Of a stretch of 64,000 bases of DNA, positions 36,978 to 47,086 are shown piece by piece. A program made the translations under genes and the position numbers. The stretch is from Patescibacteria group bacterium (GTDB lineage: Bacteria > Patescibacteriota > Patescibacteriia > UM-FILTER-42-10). Positions within the stretch are counted from its first letter, which is position 1; every line of letters starts with the position of its first letter. The notes under the pieces were generated by a model, which saw nothing but the letters and a program-made list of their open reading frames with translations, had not been told where the DNA came from and searched no databases. Where the stretch lies: the NCBI GenBank assembly GCA_041666485.1, contig JBAYGW010000005.1, positions 3,654-67,653 on the forward strand. The letters are read 5' to 3'.

Positions 36978-37047
36978 GTCATCCTGAACTCGTTTCAGGA
37001 TCTATACTTGTTAATGGCGGAGACTCTGAAACAAGTTCAGAGTGACA
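36978..37047. repeat. 72-bp palindromic MITE/REP-like element, copy B (pyrD-pyrK spacer)
   Basis: GTCATCCTGAAC...GTTCAGAGTGAC. Both internal hairpins are conserved with copy A. The central ~22 nt differ. Confidence 0.6.
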
Positions 37048-37086
37048 TAAACAAAGTCAGAATTTGTAACTATTTTAATTAGCATT

Positions 37087-37137
37087 CAATTACCAATTAC
37101 ATATTACCAGTTACTAATTACAAATTCCCAATTACTT
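37087..37137. repeat. TTACCAATTAC-type short repeat array (reverse orientation of the 32421 array), overlapping the pyrD 3' end
   Basis: 'caattaccaattacatattaccagttactaattacaaattcccaattactta'. Confidence 0.55.
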
Positions 37138-38049
37138 ATTATGCGCCAACCCGATTATCTCACTAATAGAATCAAATCCTTCCGCCTCCATATATTCTTT
37201 AATCTCATCACAAATCAGCCTGAACACTTCCGCACCGCGGTAATATACTGCCGTTCCTACCTGAACCGCTGTTGCTCCCAGCATCATCATTTCAATCGCG
37301 TCTCTGCCGGTCGTGACCCCGCCGATACCGATCACCGGAATTTTTACCGACTGGTATATGTCAGAAACGCACCGCACCGCAATCGGCCGGAGCGCCGGAC
37401 CGGTAACACCCCCCATGCCAAAATGCAGAATCGGTTTTTTGGCATAGATATCCAGGTGAATCCCGGGTCCCATGGAATTAACCGCGGAGATTGCGTCCGC
37501 ACCACCCGCTTCCGCCGCCTTGGCTACTTCACCGATCGGCTGGCTTTCCGGCGATACTTTGATAAATAAAGGTAACTTAGTTTTCTCTCTGATTCTTCTG
37601 GTAATTTCCTCGGTGGCCTTCGGCGTTCCCTGTCCCGCCATCGTTCCGTAACCCGGAGTATGCGGGCAGGATAAAACCGCTTCCACTGCTGAAAATTCGT
37701 CGGTCAGAAAATTCTCCGCCATATAGGCGAACTCATCCGCATCTTTACCGATAATACTGGCAATCACCGGCGCTTTTAATTCTTTCAGATTAATAAACTC
37801 CGCTTTGGCTTTTTCCAGACCGGGGTTGGAGTAACCGACCGCATTCATAAAACCGCCCTCAATCGCGTGCATGTTCGGCGCATCATGACCTTTGCGTTCT
37901 TCCCGGCTGATGGATTTTATCACACAACCGCCGGCACCGTTTTGGATAACGTATTTCAAAGAATCCCGGATTACCCCAAGAATTCCGGACGCCAGGATCG
38001 TCGGATTAGCAAAATCAATTCCCGCTAATTTTATGGAAACATCTGGCAT
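37132..38049 (-). CDS. pyrD: Dihydroorotate dehydrogenase 1B catalytic subunit
   Basis: FMN-binding TIM-barrel motifs ('SAVNSMG', 'IGIGGV'). Paired with pyrK. Confidence 0.9.
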   Translation of the reverse strand: MPDVSIKLAGIDFANPTILASGILGVIRDSLKYVIQNGAGGCVIKSISREERKGHDAPNMHAIEGGFMNAVGYSNPGLEKAKAEFINLKELKAPVIASIIGKDADEFAYMAENFLTDEFSAVEAVLSCPHTPGYGTMAGQGTPKATEEITRRIREKTKLPLFIKVSPESQPIGEVAKAAEAGGADAISAVNSMGPGIHLDIYAKKPILHFGMGGVTGPALRPIAVRCVSDIYQSVKIPVIGIGGVTTGRDAIEMMMLGATAVQVGTAVYYRGAEVFRLICDEIKEYMEAEGFDSISEIIGLAHNK

Positions 38050-38052
38050 AAA

Positions 38053-38502
38053 TCAGGCAAGGGTTATTTCATCAATCCCGAAAGTTCTTTCGCAAAAGAA
38101 ACAGTATAATTCAATCGGTTTTTCTTTGGCCAGTGTGAATTTCGTTACTACCGGCTCGTGGTTAGTTACACAGTTCGGGTTTCCGCATTTGATTATTCCG
38201 TCTATCTGTTCCGGGATCTTGATCGGAATTTTTTTGGCTACTTTGAAATCCCTGATGATGTTGATCGTGGCATTGGTTGCGACAATCGCGAGCCTGTTGA
38301 CCTCTTCCGGTGTCAGTTCCCGATTTTCAATTTTGACAACATCTTTCTTCCCGCTGCGTTTGCTTTTGAAATGCATTCCTAAAGTGACAATATTCTGGTC
38401 ATTGGCGACTCCCAAAAGATTGATCACATCCATTCCCTTGCCGGAAGGAATATGGTCAATTACCGTACCGTCTTTGATTGCGTAAACTTTGTAAGCGCGC
38501 AT
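38053..38502 (-). CDS. pyrI: Aspartate carbamoyltransferase regulatory subunit
   Basis: C-terminal zinc domain 'CGNPNCVTNHE...CFFCER'. Confidence 0.85.
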   Translation of the reverse strand: MRAYKVYAIKDGTVIDHIPSGKGMDVINLLGVANDQNIVTLGMHFKSKRSGKKDVVKIENRELTPEEVNRLAIVATNATINIIRDFKVAKKIPIKIPEQIDGIIKCGNPNCVTNHEPVVTKFTLAKEKPIELYCFFCERTFGIDEITLA

Positions 38503-38505
38503 AGT

Positions 38506-39426
38506 TTATTTTCCTAAGGTTAAGGCTAAAAGCGCTTCGCGTACCCAGAGGCCGTTGGAAGCTTGCTGAAAGTAATAAGCGTATGGAGTGTCATCCACTT
38601 CGTAATTAATTTCGTTCACTCTGGGCAGCGGATGCAAAATCCTAAAATTCTTCTTAACGTGTTTCAGCAGTTCGTTATTGATAATGTAAACATCTTTCAC
38701 TTTTTCATATTCCACCGCGTCCGCAAATCTTTCCTTCTGAATGCGGGTCGCATAAAAAATATCCATCTTTGACATTAATGACTCCGGGCGGGTGTGTTCG
38801 GAATACTTTACTTTATTCGCTTTAATTTCATTCAGTACATGTTTCGGCATTTTTAATTCTTCCGGTGAGATAAAGTACAGCCGGCAGTTAAACAGCGATA
38901 GAGCATACGCCAGAGAGTGTACGGTCCGGCCATATTTCAGATCCCCGACCATCGCCACATTCAGACCGTTCAGTTTTTTCTGCGTTTCCAGTATGGAAAA
39001 CAGGTCCAGAAAAGTCTGGGTCGGATGCTGATTGGCACCGTCACCGCCGTTTAAAATCGGGTTATTGGAAACATCCGCCGCCAGGCGCGCCGCTCCTTCC
39101 AGTGAATGCCGCATCACAATCACGTCGCAGTATTTTTCCACAATCCGGATGGAATCCGACAAAGACTCACCTTTTGCCGAAGAACTGGTTTTGGCATCCG
39201 CCAAAGTGATAACGGATCCGCCTAAACGTTGCATAGCCGATTCAAAAGAGAAACGGGTTCTGGTGGACGGCTCAAAAAAGAGGCTCGCCATAATCTTACC
39301 CTTAAGCAAATCCGGTTTTGGGGTATTTTTAAAATCCTTTGCTTTTTTTAGTACATGTAAAATCTCCTGCTTGGAAAAGTCCCTGATTGAGATAATGTCC
39401 CTGTTTTTGAAGTTGATATTGTTCAT
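38506..39426 (-). CDS. pyrB: Aspartate carbamoyltransferase catalytic subunit
   Basis: 'STRTRFSFE', 'HPTQ'-region and ATCase-type 'HPLPR'. Confidence 0.9.
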   Translation of the reverse strand: MNNINFKNRDIISIRDFSKQEILHVLKKAKDFKNTPKPDLLKGKIMASLFFEPSTRTRFSFESAMQRLGGSVITLADAKTSSSAKGESLSDSIRIVEKYCDVIVMRHSLEGAARLAADVSNNPILNGGDGANQHPTQTFLDLFSILETQKKLNGLNVAMVGDLKYGRTVHSLAYALSLFNCRLYFISPEELKMPKHVLNEIKANKVKYSEHTRPESLMSKMDIFYATRIQKERFADAVEYEKVKDVYIINNELLKHVKKNFRILHPLPRVNEINYEVDDTPYAYYFQQASNGLWVREALLALTLGK

Positions 39427-39595
39427 ATTTTGTCCTTAGGATAAAAAAAATCCCTTTTCAGGGAATAAATCACCGTACAATATATTTTCGGAACAAATTG
39501 TCGGTAATGTTGTTAATCATTTCAATCGCTAGTGTAGCAGTTATCAAATCGCCTGTAAACCCCCTCATTATACCTAGTTTTCCACAGATACTTGC

Positions 39596-41086
39596 TTAAC
39601 CGATCATTTTTTTCAGCATTTCAGTGGCTACTTTCGGATTGACCTTACCCTTAGTTTCCTTCATCACCTGGCCGACCAAAAACTGCAGAACATTTTCATT
39701 CCCGGACTGATAATCCGCCACCGCCTGTTCATTTTCTTTCACAATTTTTTCCACGATTGATTCAATTTCCGATGAATCATTCATCTGTTTCAGATTCTTT
39801 TCCTGAACCACCTGTGAGGGATCGGAGCCTTTTTCAAACATAACCCTCAGCACTTGTTGTGCCGCACTGCTGTTAATTTCTTCCAAATATACCATCTTCA
39901 CAAGCTCTGCCATATTCTCCGGGCTGATTTTTATCTTTTCCGGTGCGGTCTGACTTTCTTTTAACAACATAAAAAGTTCGGTTGTAATCCAGTTCACTGT
40001 CATTTGCAACAATTTCTTTTCCGTTTTATCATCCAACGCTGATTTATCCTCCTGACTTGCAACCCAGGCACTCAGTTCAGTGATTGTATTTTCAAAAAAA
40101 TCGGCAATTGATTGGGAATAGGTTAAAGTAACCGCCTGAGAACAAGTTGTGCCAAGCTCCTGATGGAATCTTTTTCTTTTTTCATCCGGCAGTTCGGGCA
40201 GTTTCGCTTCTACACTACTGATGTACTCTTCAGTAAAATGGAGTGGCGCCAAGTCCGGTTCGGGGAAATAGCGGTAATCCTGTTGCTCTTCTTTACTGCG
40301 TTCTTCCTTGGTAATTCCCCGGTCATCCAGCCAGCGCATGGTTATCAGCTTGTCGGGCGGTGTTCCCGCCTCCCACAGTTTGGTTTGTCTTTCTATCTCA
40401 AAAGTGAGTGCACGTTCTACACCACGGAATGAATTCATATTTTTAATTTCCGTTTTGGTGTAAAACTTTCTGTCTCCTTCCGGCCGCAGGGAAATATTCG
40501 CATCACAACGCAGATTACCTTTTTCCATATCGGCATCGGAGATATCCAAGTATTCCAAAAGCAGTTTCAGGTCTGTCAGAAATATTCTGGCCTCCGCCGG
40601 CGTCCTGATATCCGGCTCCGTTACAATTTCAATCAGAGGCGAGCCCGCGCGGTTAAAATCCACCAGACTGTAATCCGCACCCTGCGGGTGCGTCAATTTT
40701 GCCGCGTCCTCTTCCATATGCAGGCGGGTAATCCCGATGCGTTTCCGTTCTTCGCCGATGGTGATAATCAAACGCCCGTCTTCACCGACCGGCTGGTCCA
40801 ACTGGGAAATCTGGTAGCCTTTCGGCAAATCGGGATAAAAATAGTTTTTCCGGTCAAATTTGGAATGCTCATTAATCTTGCAATGCAAAGCCAGCGCGGT
40901 GAGCAGCGCGTGATCTACCGCCTGTTGGTTGGTTACCGGCAGTACTCCGGGGTGCCCCATGCAGATCGGGCAAACATTAGTATTCGGCTTGACTTGATCA
41001 CTGTCATTGGAACATGCACAAAACATCTTGCTCTTGGTATTGAGCTGTACGTGTATTTCCAGACCGATAATTGTTTCCAGTTTCAT
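39596..41086 (-). CDS. gatB: Asp/Glu-tRNA amidotransferase subunit B
   Basis: 'MKLETIIGLEIHVQL'. GatB/YqeY C-terminal domain. Confidence 0.9.
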   Translation of the reverse strand: MKLETIIGLEIHVQLNTKSKMFCACSNDSDQVKPNTNVCPICMGHPGVLPVTNQQAVDHALLTALALHCKINEHSKFDRKNYFYPDLPKGYQISQLDQPVGEDGRLIITIGEERKRIGITRLHMEEDAAKLTHPQGADYSLVDFNRAGSPLIEIVTEPDIRTPAEARIFLTDLKLLLEYLDISDADMEKGNLRCDANISLRPEGDRKFYTKTEIKNMNSFRGVERALTFEIERQTKLWEAGTPPDKLITMRWLDDRGITKEERSKEEQQDYRYFPEPDLAPLHFTEEYISSVEAKLPELPDEKRKRFHQELGTTCSQAVTLTYSQSIADFFENTITELSAWVASQEDKSALDDKTEKKLLQMTVNWITTELFMLLKESQTAPEKIKISPENMAELVKMVYLEEINSSAAQQVLRVMFEKGSDPSQVVQEKNLKQMNDSSEIESIVEKIVKENEQAVADYQSGNENVLQFLVGQVMKETKGKVNPKVATEMLKKMIG

Positions 41087-41098
41087 GGGGTAATTGTA

Positions 41099-41779
41099 TC
41101 ACGCCTTAATTATTGATGAAACAACCTCCCACACCTTCTCATGAATCACTTCGCGGGAAAGCAGTTCGTCATTTTCCACGCAATTCACAATATGAAAACC
41201 ATATTTTTCTGCTGCTTCCATGTATGTTTTTTCCGCGTTTTCCAGATGGTTCAGATCCTCTTCGTGGATATCATGCGTTTTGCCTTTCAAATATTCCCTG
41301 GCTTCTTTTTTTCCGACCAACCCCTGTGCGATTTTAGCCGGCACATACAAGATAATTGTTGCATCCGGACGCGGTATTCCGAGCTGGTTGTATTCCATAT
41401 TATCTAGCCAGGCAAAATATTTTTCTCGGTCTTTTACATCTTTAATTTTTCCTCCCTGATGTCCCATGTTAGAGGAAACATAACGGTTGGCAATCACAAT
41501 TTTTCCTTCATTCAGACTTCTGCGTAAATCCTTGCTGGCAGAATAGCGGTCCATCGCATAAAAAAGCGAGGCGGTATATGGATTTACTTCATCCGCTTTG
41601 CCAAACTCGCCGTTCAGATAGTCCTCCACCATTACAGCGGATCGTTTCCCGTATCTCGGGAAATCAGCGTACTCTTTGGCAAACCCTTCTTTCTCTAAAC
41701 GCGCCAACAATAAATCCGTCTGGGTCTTTTTTCCGGACCCGTCCGTCCCGTCTAAAACAATCAGCTTGCCTTTTAGCAT
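41099..41779 (-). CDS. tmk: Thymidylate kinase (eukaryote/archaeal-like long form)
   Basis: P-loop 'VLDGTDGSGKKTQ', DRY-like region, LID. 226 aa. Confidence 0.7.
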   Translation of the reverse strand: MLKGKLIVLDGTDGSGKKTQTDLLLARLEKEGFAKEYADFPRYGKRSAVMVEDYLNGEFGKADEVNPYTASLFYAMDRYSASKDLRRSLNEGKIVIANRYVSSNMGHQGGKIKDVKDREKYFAWLDNMEYNQLGIPRPDATIILYVPAKIAQGLVGKKEAREYLKGKTHDIHEEDLNHLENAEKTYMEAAEKYGFHIVNCVENDELLSREVIHEKVWEVVSSIIKA

Positions 41780-42264
41780 TATTTTTCCAGTTCTAAAAAT
41801 GTAAATTGAAGATTCTCGTGCCGGCCGTTCCCTTTGACCGTTACTTTTTCAAATGCAGAATAATCAGGAAAGAAAGTATCACCGTCAAAATCGCCTTTGA
41901 CAATTGTCAGATAAAGTTTGTCCGCTAAGGGAATCGCCTGTTTATATATTTCTCCGCCACCGATGATGAATATCTCATCCCCGCCCTCCTGCTTGGCTGC
42001 AAACTCAATCGCATTCTCTAAGGAAGATGATACAAATCCACCCTTTGTGGCTTTTAGATTGTGCGAGACAATGATATTCGTTCTGTTTGGTAAGGGCCGT
42101 CCGATCGATTCATGTGTTTTCCGACCCATAATTACCGGGTGACCGGTTGTGATCATTTTAAATCTTTGTAAATCTTCCGGTATATTCCATAATAACTTGC
42201 CATTTTTACCAATGGCGTGGTTTTCAGATAATGCGCAGATGATATTAATTTTTGATTTGATCAT
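41779..42264 (-). CDS. folA: Dihydrofolate reductase
   Basis: 'IGKNGKLLW', 'VIMGRKT', 'IIGGGEIY'. Confidence 0.8.
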   Translation of the reverse strand: MIKSKINIICALSENHAIGKNGKLLWNIPEDLQRFKMITTGHPVIMGRKTHESIGRPLPNRTNIIVSHNLKATKGGFVSSSLENAIEFAAKQEGGDEIFIIGGGEIYKQAIPLADKLYLTIVKGDFDGDTFFPDYSAFEKVTVKGNGRHENLQFTFLELEK

Positions 42265-42330
42265 GGTTTTTATATCAAGGCTCAGATTATTTTATTTTCC
42301 GTCATTCGAAACAAGCCCGGAATGACAGTT

Positions 42331-43230
42331 CTAAACCGCTATTTGGGCGACAATCCTCGGATGCGGATCGTAACCTTCTAAATTAAAATCCTCAAATTTA
42401 AATTTGAAAATATCCTTAACATCCGGATTTATTTTCATGACCGGCAATGTCTTGGGCTCCCGTGATAACTGCAGTTTAACCTGATCCATGTGATTATTAT
42501 AAATATGCACATCGCCAAATGTATGGATAAATTCACCCGGTTCAAGTCCCGTTACCTGTGCCATCATCATGGTTAATAGCGAATATGAAGCAATATTAAA
42601 AGGCACACCCAAGAATACATCGGCACTGCGCTGATAAAGCTGGCAGGATAATTTGCCGTTTACCACGTAAAACTGGAATACGGTATGACAGAGTGGTGGC
42701 GCGGATGTTTTACCTTTAATTAAAGACTGAATATCCGCCACATTCCACCCGCTGACCAGAATCCTTCTGGAATCCGGAGTGGTTTTAATCATATCCACTG
42801 CATTCTGGATCTGGTTGATCTTTGTTCCGTCCGGCGCTTCCCAACGGATCCACTGCTTGCCGTAAACCGGTCCCAGATCTCCCCATTTTTCCGCGAAACC
42901 ATTTTCCGATTTTATTTTCTCAACAAATTCATCCAGAGATTCATTCTGATATTCCGGACTGGCCTTATATGTTTCGTACGGCCATTCATTCCAGATCCGC
43001 ACGCCGTTATCAACAAGGTATTTAATATTTGTATCGCCGGTCAGAAACCAAAGCAGTTCGTGAATTATACCTTTCACAAACATTTTTTTGGTGGTGAGCA
43101 GGGGAAAACCGTCCTGCAGGTTTACGCGCATCTGATATCCGAAATAACTGCGCGTACCTGTACCGGTACGGTCAGATTTGTTTGTTCCTTTATCCAATAT
43201 CGTTTGTAATAAATCCTGATATTGTTTCAT
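42331..43230 (-). CDS. thyA: Thymidylate synthase
   Basis: Active-site '[12 protein letters not shown]'. ThyA fold. 299 aa. Confidence 0.9.
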   Translation of the reverse strand: MKQYQDLLQTILDKGTNKSDRTGTGTRSYFGYQMRVNLQDGFPLLTTKKMFVKGIIHELLWFLTGDTNIKYLVDNGVRIWNEWPYETYKASPEYQNESLDEFVEKIKSENGFAEKWGDLGPVYGKQWIRWEAPDGTKINQIQNAVDMIKTTPDSRRILVSGWNVADIQSLIKGKTSAPPLCHTVFQFYVVNGKLSCQLYQRSADVFLGVPFNIASYSLLTMMMAQVTGLEPGEFIHTFGDVHIYNNHMDQVKLQLSREPKTLPVMKINPDVKDIFKFKFEDFNLEGYDPHPRIVAQIAV

Positions 43231-43775
43231 TTCTTCCTTCTATTAAATTTCATCATCATTTCAACATAAGAACTGCCGATAATAAGATCCTTTTCTGAAA
43301 CACCAATTTTTTTATAAAATTCCTTGATTGCAATCAGGGCTTTCTTTGACTCAGTATTCATCATTTCAACTTCCATATACTCCCCTAACCCTTTTACCTT
43401 GTCCAGAACTATATTCAGTCTACCATATTTATAGTCTTCCCTAACCTTGTCTACAACCACACACTTGATAAACCTTAATTCACTCAACATTTGCTGTACT
43501 AGCCTTACATCTGTTATCGGTAGCTCATACTCTGCCGCTTCATAAACACTGGATATTTTATGAACTTCTAGTGAACCTTTATTTGATCCACCGTCATATC
43601 GTATACGAAATTTTAGTCTGCTGTTTTTACCGTAATACTTTTCTCCCTTTGCCGGTGTATAGTAAATATCTACAATTCTTTTACTTCCTTTTCTTCTTGC
43701 ACCAATCTTTACCAGCTCTTTCCGTATTTTCAAAAGAGAAGCGATTCTTGCTTTAATTTCAACTTCTGTCTGCAT
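43227..43775 (-). CDS. CYTH-domain protein (second paralog), translationally coupled to thyA (ATGA overlap)
   Basis: 'EVEIKARI' CYTH N-terminal motif. 182 aa. Confidence 0.55.
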   Translation of the reverse strand: MQTEVEIKARIASLLKIRKELVKIGARRKGSKRIVDIYYTPAKGEKYYGKNSRLKFRIRYDGGSNKGSLEVHKISSVYEAAEYELPITDVRLVQQMLSELRFIKCVVVDKVREDYKYGRLNIVLDKVKGLGEYMEVEMMNTESKKALIAIKEFYKKIGVSEKDLIIGSSYVEMMMKFNRRKK

Positions 43776-43860
43776 TATATTATTGCTACTGCTAAATAGT
43801 ATTGATCATAAGGCATGCGAGCGTTCGACTGAAGCTCACGCCGACGGCTCACCACCTACT

Positions 43861-43895
43861 CCCTAATCCCTATTCCCTACACCCTAATCCCTAAC
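43861..43895. repeat. Heptamer tandem repeat (CCCTAAN)x5, reverse complement of TAGGGNN. G-tracts lie on the minus, mRNA-sense strand.
   Basis: 'ccctaatccctattccctacaccctaatccctaac', 4 nt downstream of the dut stop. Confidence 0.7.
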
Positions 43896-43898
43896 AAA

Positions 43899-44321
43899 CT
43901 ACTTACCGGTACTACCGAACCCGCCTTCACCCCTGGGTGATTCAGAAAGCTCGTCCACTTCCTCAATTTCCGCTGTTTCAATTTTCTGAATCAGAAGCTG
44001 TGCTATTTTATCCCCCTTGCTGATAGTGAAATCCTCATCACCCGCATTGTATAAAACTACCCCGTACTCTCCACGATAAGTATATTCAATCACACCGCCA
44101 AAACTAGTGATACCGTATTTTGATGCCAATCCGCTTTTATCCCAAATCAGCGAAACATATCCTTCGGGCAATTCCAGGGCAAATCCGGTTTTAAAATGGT
44201 GTCTTGTTCCGGGTTTTAATATAACATCTTCCAGAGAAAAAATATCCATTCCGGCATCGCCGATATGCGCATATTTTGGGATCTGCAGATCCGGGTGCAG
44301 TCTTTTAATTTTTATCTTCAT
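43899..44321 (-). CDS. dut: dUTP diphosphatase
   Basis: 140 aa. Trimeric dUTPase motifs ('GDAGMD', 'SGLASKYG', 'GVIEYTYRG'). Confidence 0.75.
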   Translation of the reverse strand: MKIKIKRLHPDLQIPKYAHIGDAGMDIFSLEDVILKPGTRHHFKTGFALELPEGYVSLIWDKSGLASKYGITSFGGVIEYTYRGEYGVVLYNAGDEDFTISKGDKIAQLLIQKIETAEIEEVDELSESPRGEGGFGSTGK

Positions 44322-44860
44322 TCCACTAATTTATCTAATTGCTTATAGAAATCTTCTATGGTTCCATTATTATCAATAATCACATCCGCTTTTTCAATCA
44401 TGTCCTGAATATGAACCTCCGCTTCCGCATCGCTGTCTTTTTGAAATTCTTCCCAGTTTTTTTCGGAATCACCAGGATTCTCATTTCTATTGATTAATCT
44501 TTCGTAGCGCGTTTTAGCATCAACCTGCAAACTGACCAGCTTAAATCCCGGGATCGCTTTCAGGTGTTCAATATCAGTCCAGCGCCTGACACCGTCAATT
44601 ACAATTATTTCGCAATCAGCTTTTTTCACGTCCTCCGCAATTGCTTTTGACAAAATATCCTGAGAAAAATTTTCCCTTAAAACCTGTGAAATATTCTGCA
44701 GATTTTCCCGGGTCTGTGGTAAGTAAACCCGATCCGCTACGTCACGCAGAATAGTTGAAAAACGGAAACTTTCGGCTCCGTATTTTTCGCTCAGATATTT
44801 GCAGGCGGTACCTTTCCCGCTTGCGATCAGTCCTGTAAATCCAAGAACTTTCTTGTTCAT
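44318..44860 (-). CDS. P-loop nucleotide/nucleoside kinase (possible dNMP kinase)
   Basis: Walker A 'GLIASGKGT'. Context in a deoxynucleotide cluster. Family assignment is tentative. Confidence 0.45.
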   Translation of the reverse strand: MNKKVLGFTGLIASGKGTACKYLSEKYGAESFRFSTILRDVADRVYLPQTRENLQNISQVLRENFSQDILSKAIAEDVKKADCEIIVIDGVRRWTDIEHLKAIPGFKLVSLQVDAKTRYERLINRNENPGDSEKNWEEFQKDSDAEAEVHIQDMIEKADVIIDNNGTIEDFYKQLDKLVE

Positions 44861-44871
44861 GAAATGAATAA

Positions 44872-45414
44872 TTATTTTTTTGTTTTCATTTCCACATCAC
44901 CCTCATCCGGTTTCATCACTTCTATATCACTTGAGAATATTTCCTGTAACTGCTTCTGCCATTCTTTATTTTCCTGATAAACTTCCACTTCAATCCCCGC
45001 TTCTTTCAGAAAATCCACAACTTTTGAATTGCGGTACACTTTTCCCATTACAACTTTCTTTATGCCGGCCGCAATGATGTATTTTGTACAATGGATACAG
45101 GGGCTATATTTCGTGTACATAGTTGACCCTTGAGTATTAGTCCCTGAAACCGTTGCAGCCTGAAGAATAGCATTGTGCTCGCCGTGGATAGTTCTGACAC
45201 AGTGCCCTTCTTCCATCAGATGACCCACTTCATCACAGTGCGGGAGACCTGGTGGCGAACCGTTATAGCCAGTGGAAATAATCCTACGGTCTTTAACCAA
45301 AACAGCGCCTGCGCGCAGACGATCGCAAGTACTGCGGGTTCCGATAATTTTTGCAATCGCCATGAAATAATCATCCCACGATGGGCGGACATGTTTATTG
45401 GTTTCTTTTTCCAT
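44872..45414 (-). CDS. dCMP deaminase
   Basis: Zinc motifs 'HGEHNAILQA' and 'PCIHCTKYI'. Confidence 0.8.
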   Translation of the reverse strand: MEKETNKHVRPSWDDYFMAIAKIIGTRSTCDRLRAGAVLVKDRRIISTGYNGSPPGLPHCDEVGHLMEEGHCVRTIHGEHNAILQAATVSGTNTQGSTMYTKYSPCIHCTKYIIAAGIKKVVMGKVYRNSKVVDFLKEAGIEVEVYQENKEWQKQLQEIFSSDIEVMKPDEGDVEMKTKK

Positions 45415-45438
45415 ATTCTTCTCCCTAAAGTTTATGGT

Positions 45439-46161
45439 TTAGGCAACAACCTTCACACTTGGTCCCATAGAACTCGCTAGATGAACCTGCTTGATATAAG
45501 TTCCTTTAAGCGATTCTGGTTTTGCTTTTTTTATCGCATCCATCAATACCGCATAGTTCTCTTTCAATTTTTCGTCATCAAATGACACTTTCCCGATCAT
45601 CTGGTGAATATTGCCTGAATCATCAGAACGATACATAGCCTTACCCGACACTAATTCTGATATAGTTTTTTTCACATCCTTAGTGATAGTATCAGTTTTC
45701 GGGTTCGGCATTAATCCTTTTTGCCCCAGAATCTTGGCGATACTGCCCAGATTTTTCATGATCTGCGGCTCAGCGATGGCAATATCAAAATCACATTTCT
45801 TGGTGGATTTAATCTCTTTTATCACCGACTCGTCGCCGATAATATCCGCACCCGCCTCTTTCGCCTCTTTTTCCTTTTCCGGGGAAACAAATGCCGCGAT
45901 CCGGAGTTTTTTTCCTAAACCATGAGGAATCAAAAATGTACCTCTGATCATTTGATCCGCTTTCTTGGTATCAATACCCAGACTGATATGCACTTCCACC
46001 GAAGAATCAAACTTGGTGGTAGATGTTTCTCTGATAATTTTAATCGCTTCAGCTATCGGATATACCTTAGTTCTGTCGATTTTTTTGCTTGCTTCAATGT
46101 AACGCTTGCTTTTTTTGGTCATTGTATTTTCCTTCGTGGTGCAAACCCCCGGTTTTACCAA
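45439..46161 (-). CDS. rplA: 50S ribosomal protein L1 (probable true start at 46122, Met14)
   Basis: 'KKSKRYIEASKKIDRTKVYPIAEAIKIIRE...' L1 signature. Confidence 0.9.
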   Translation of the reverse strand: MVKPGVCTTKENTMTKKSKRYIEASKKIDRTKVYPIAEAIKIIRETSTTKFDSSVEVHISLGIDTKKADQMIRGTFLIPHGLGKKLRIAAFVSPEKEKEAKEAGADIIGDESVIKEIKSTKKCDFDIAIAEPQIMKNLGSIAKILGQKGLMPNPKTDTITKDVKKTISELVSGKAMYRSDDSGNIHQMIGKVSFDDEKLKENYAVLMDAIKKAKPESLKGTYIKQVHLASSMGPSVKVVA

Positions 46162-46179
46162 GGTCCCACAAGTTAATTA

Positions 46180-47076
46180 TTATTTATCTTCTAATTTTTT
46201 ATGAGTTTCCTGCTCCTTACGCACTGTTCGCCAATGGTACCAGAATAAAGGAATACCTAACAGAATAAACGGCAGATTGCGTGCGGCTTCGGTTTGAGTG
46301 TTATCAAATGAAGTTTGAGATAATGTCTGCCAGTTATCATAATCAACAATCCATCCTTCAGCCGTTGTTACAGTTGCTGCATCAAACTGACATTTTTCCG
46401 CACAATCAATAATGCTCTGTACAGAGTTTTTTTCCATTGACATAGCTGTTTGCTGACTGATGACTTTCTGATTCAATTTGTCAGCCTCAGATGCCGTGGG
46501 GAAAACCCAGGTTTTGAGGATAAGATTGATCATAATCCCGCCGGCAATTACAAACATCAACAATGCCCCCAGTGAAACCAGATAGTAATAGATCGGGCGG
46601 ATTACGGTAGAACCACCTTCTTTCTTAGCATCCTTCTGTACAGACCGGAAATGAATGATAAATATCGGTAATGCGATAATTAAGAAAGAGAGCGCTGCCA
46701 CTGCTGCCTGTGAATTTTGATAATTTGGATTATTACTTGTTTCCTGCCACGCTGCGTAACTTTCTTGCCAAGTGGTAATTAAAGTTTTGTTGTCGTCCGT
46801 AATCTGGCATTCCCCCGTGCAATCAATACTGGTTGTCGGTTCTCCGACTTTTTGATCTGCCACGTTAAAATACAAAGACGGTGGCGGACCGGCACGATAC
46901 GGATCATTATTTGCATCAGTTAAAACCCATGTTTTCAAACCCAGGTTGATTAACGCAATTAGGGAGCCAACAACCAAAGCCAGGGTAATGAAAGAAGCCA
47001 AATAAAAATAGATATGTCTTATAATATTCGCTTTTTTCTGCTTGCTTGGTTGCTGTTCTTCCATGGAATAATTCAT
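46180..47076 (-). CDS. Hypothetical membrane protein with internal tandem duplication, inserted between rplA and rplK
   Basis: Two repeats of [TM-'LKTWV'-Cys-containing ectodomain]. 298 aa. Confidence 0.45.
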   Translation of the reverse strand: MNYSMEEQQPSKQKKANIIRHIYFYLASFITLALVVGSLIALINLGLKTWVLTDANNDPYRAGPPPSLYFNVADQKVGEPTTSIDCTGECQITDDNKTLITTWQESYAAWQETSNNPNYQNSQAAVAALSFLIIALPIFIIHFRSVQKDAKKEGGSTVIRPIYYYLVSLGALLMFVIAGGIMINLILKTWVFPTASEADKLNQKVISQQTAMSMEKNSVQSIIDCAEKCQFDAATVTTAEGWIVDYDNWQTLSQTSFDNTQTEAARNLPFILLGIPLFWYHWRTVRKEQETHKKLEDK

Positions 47077-47086
47077 GAATAATTAA

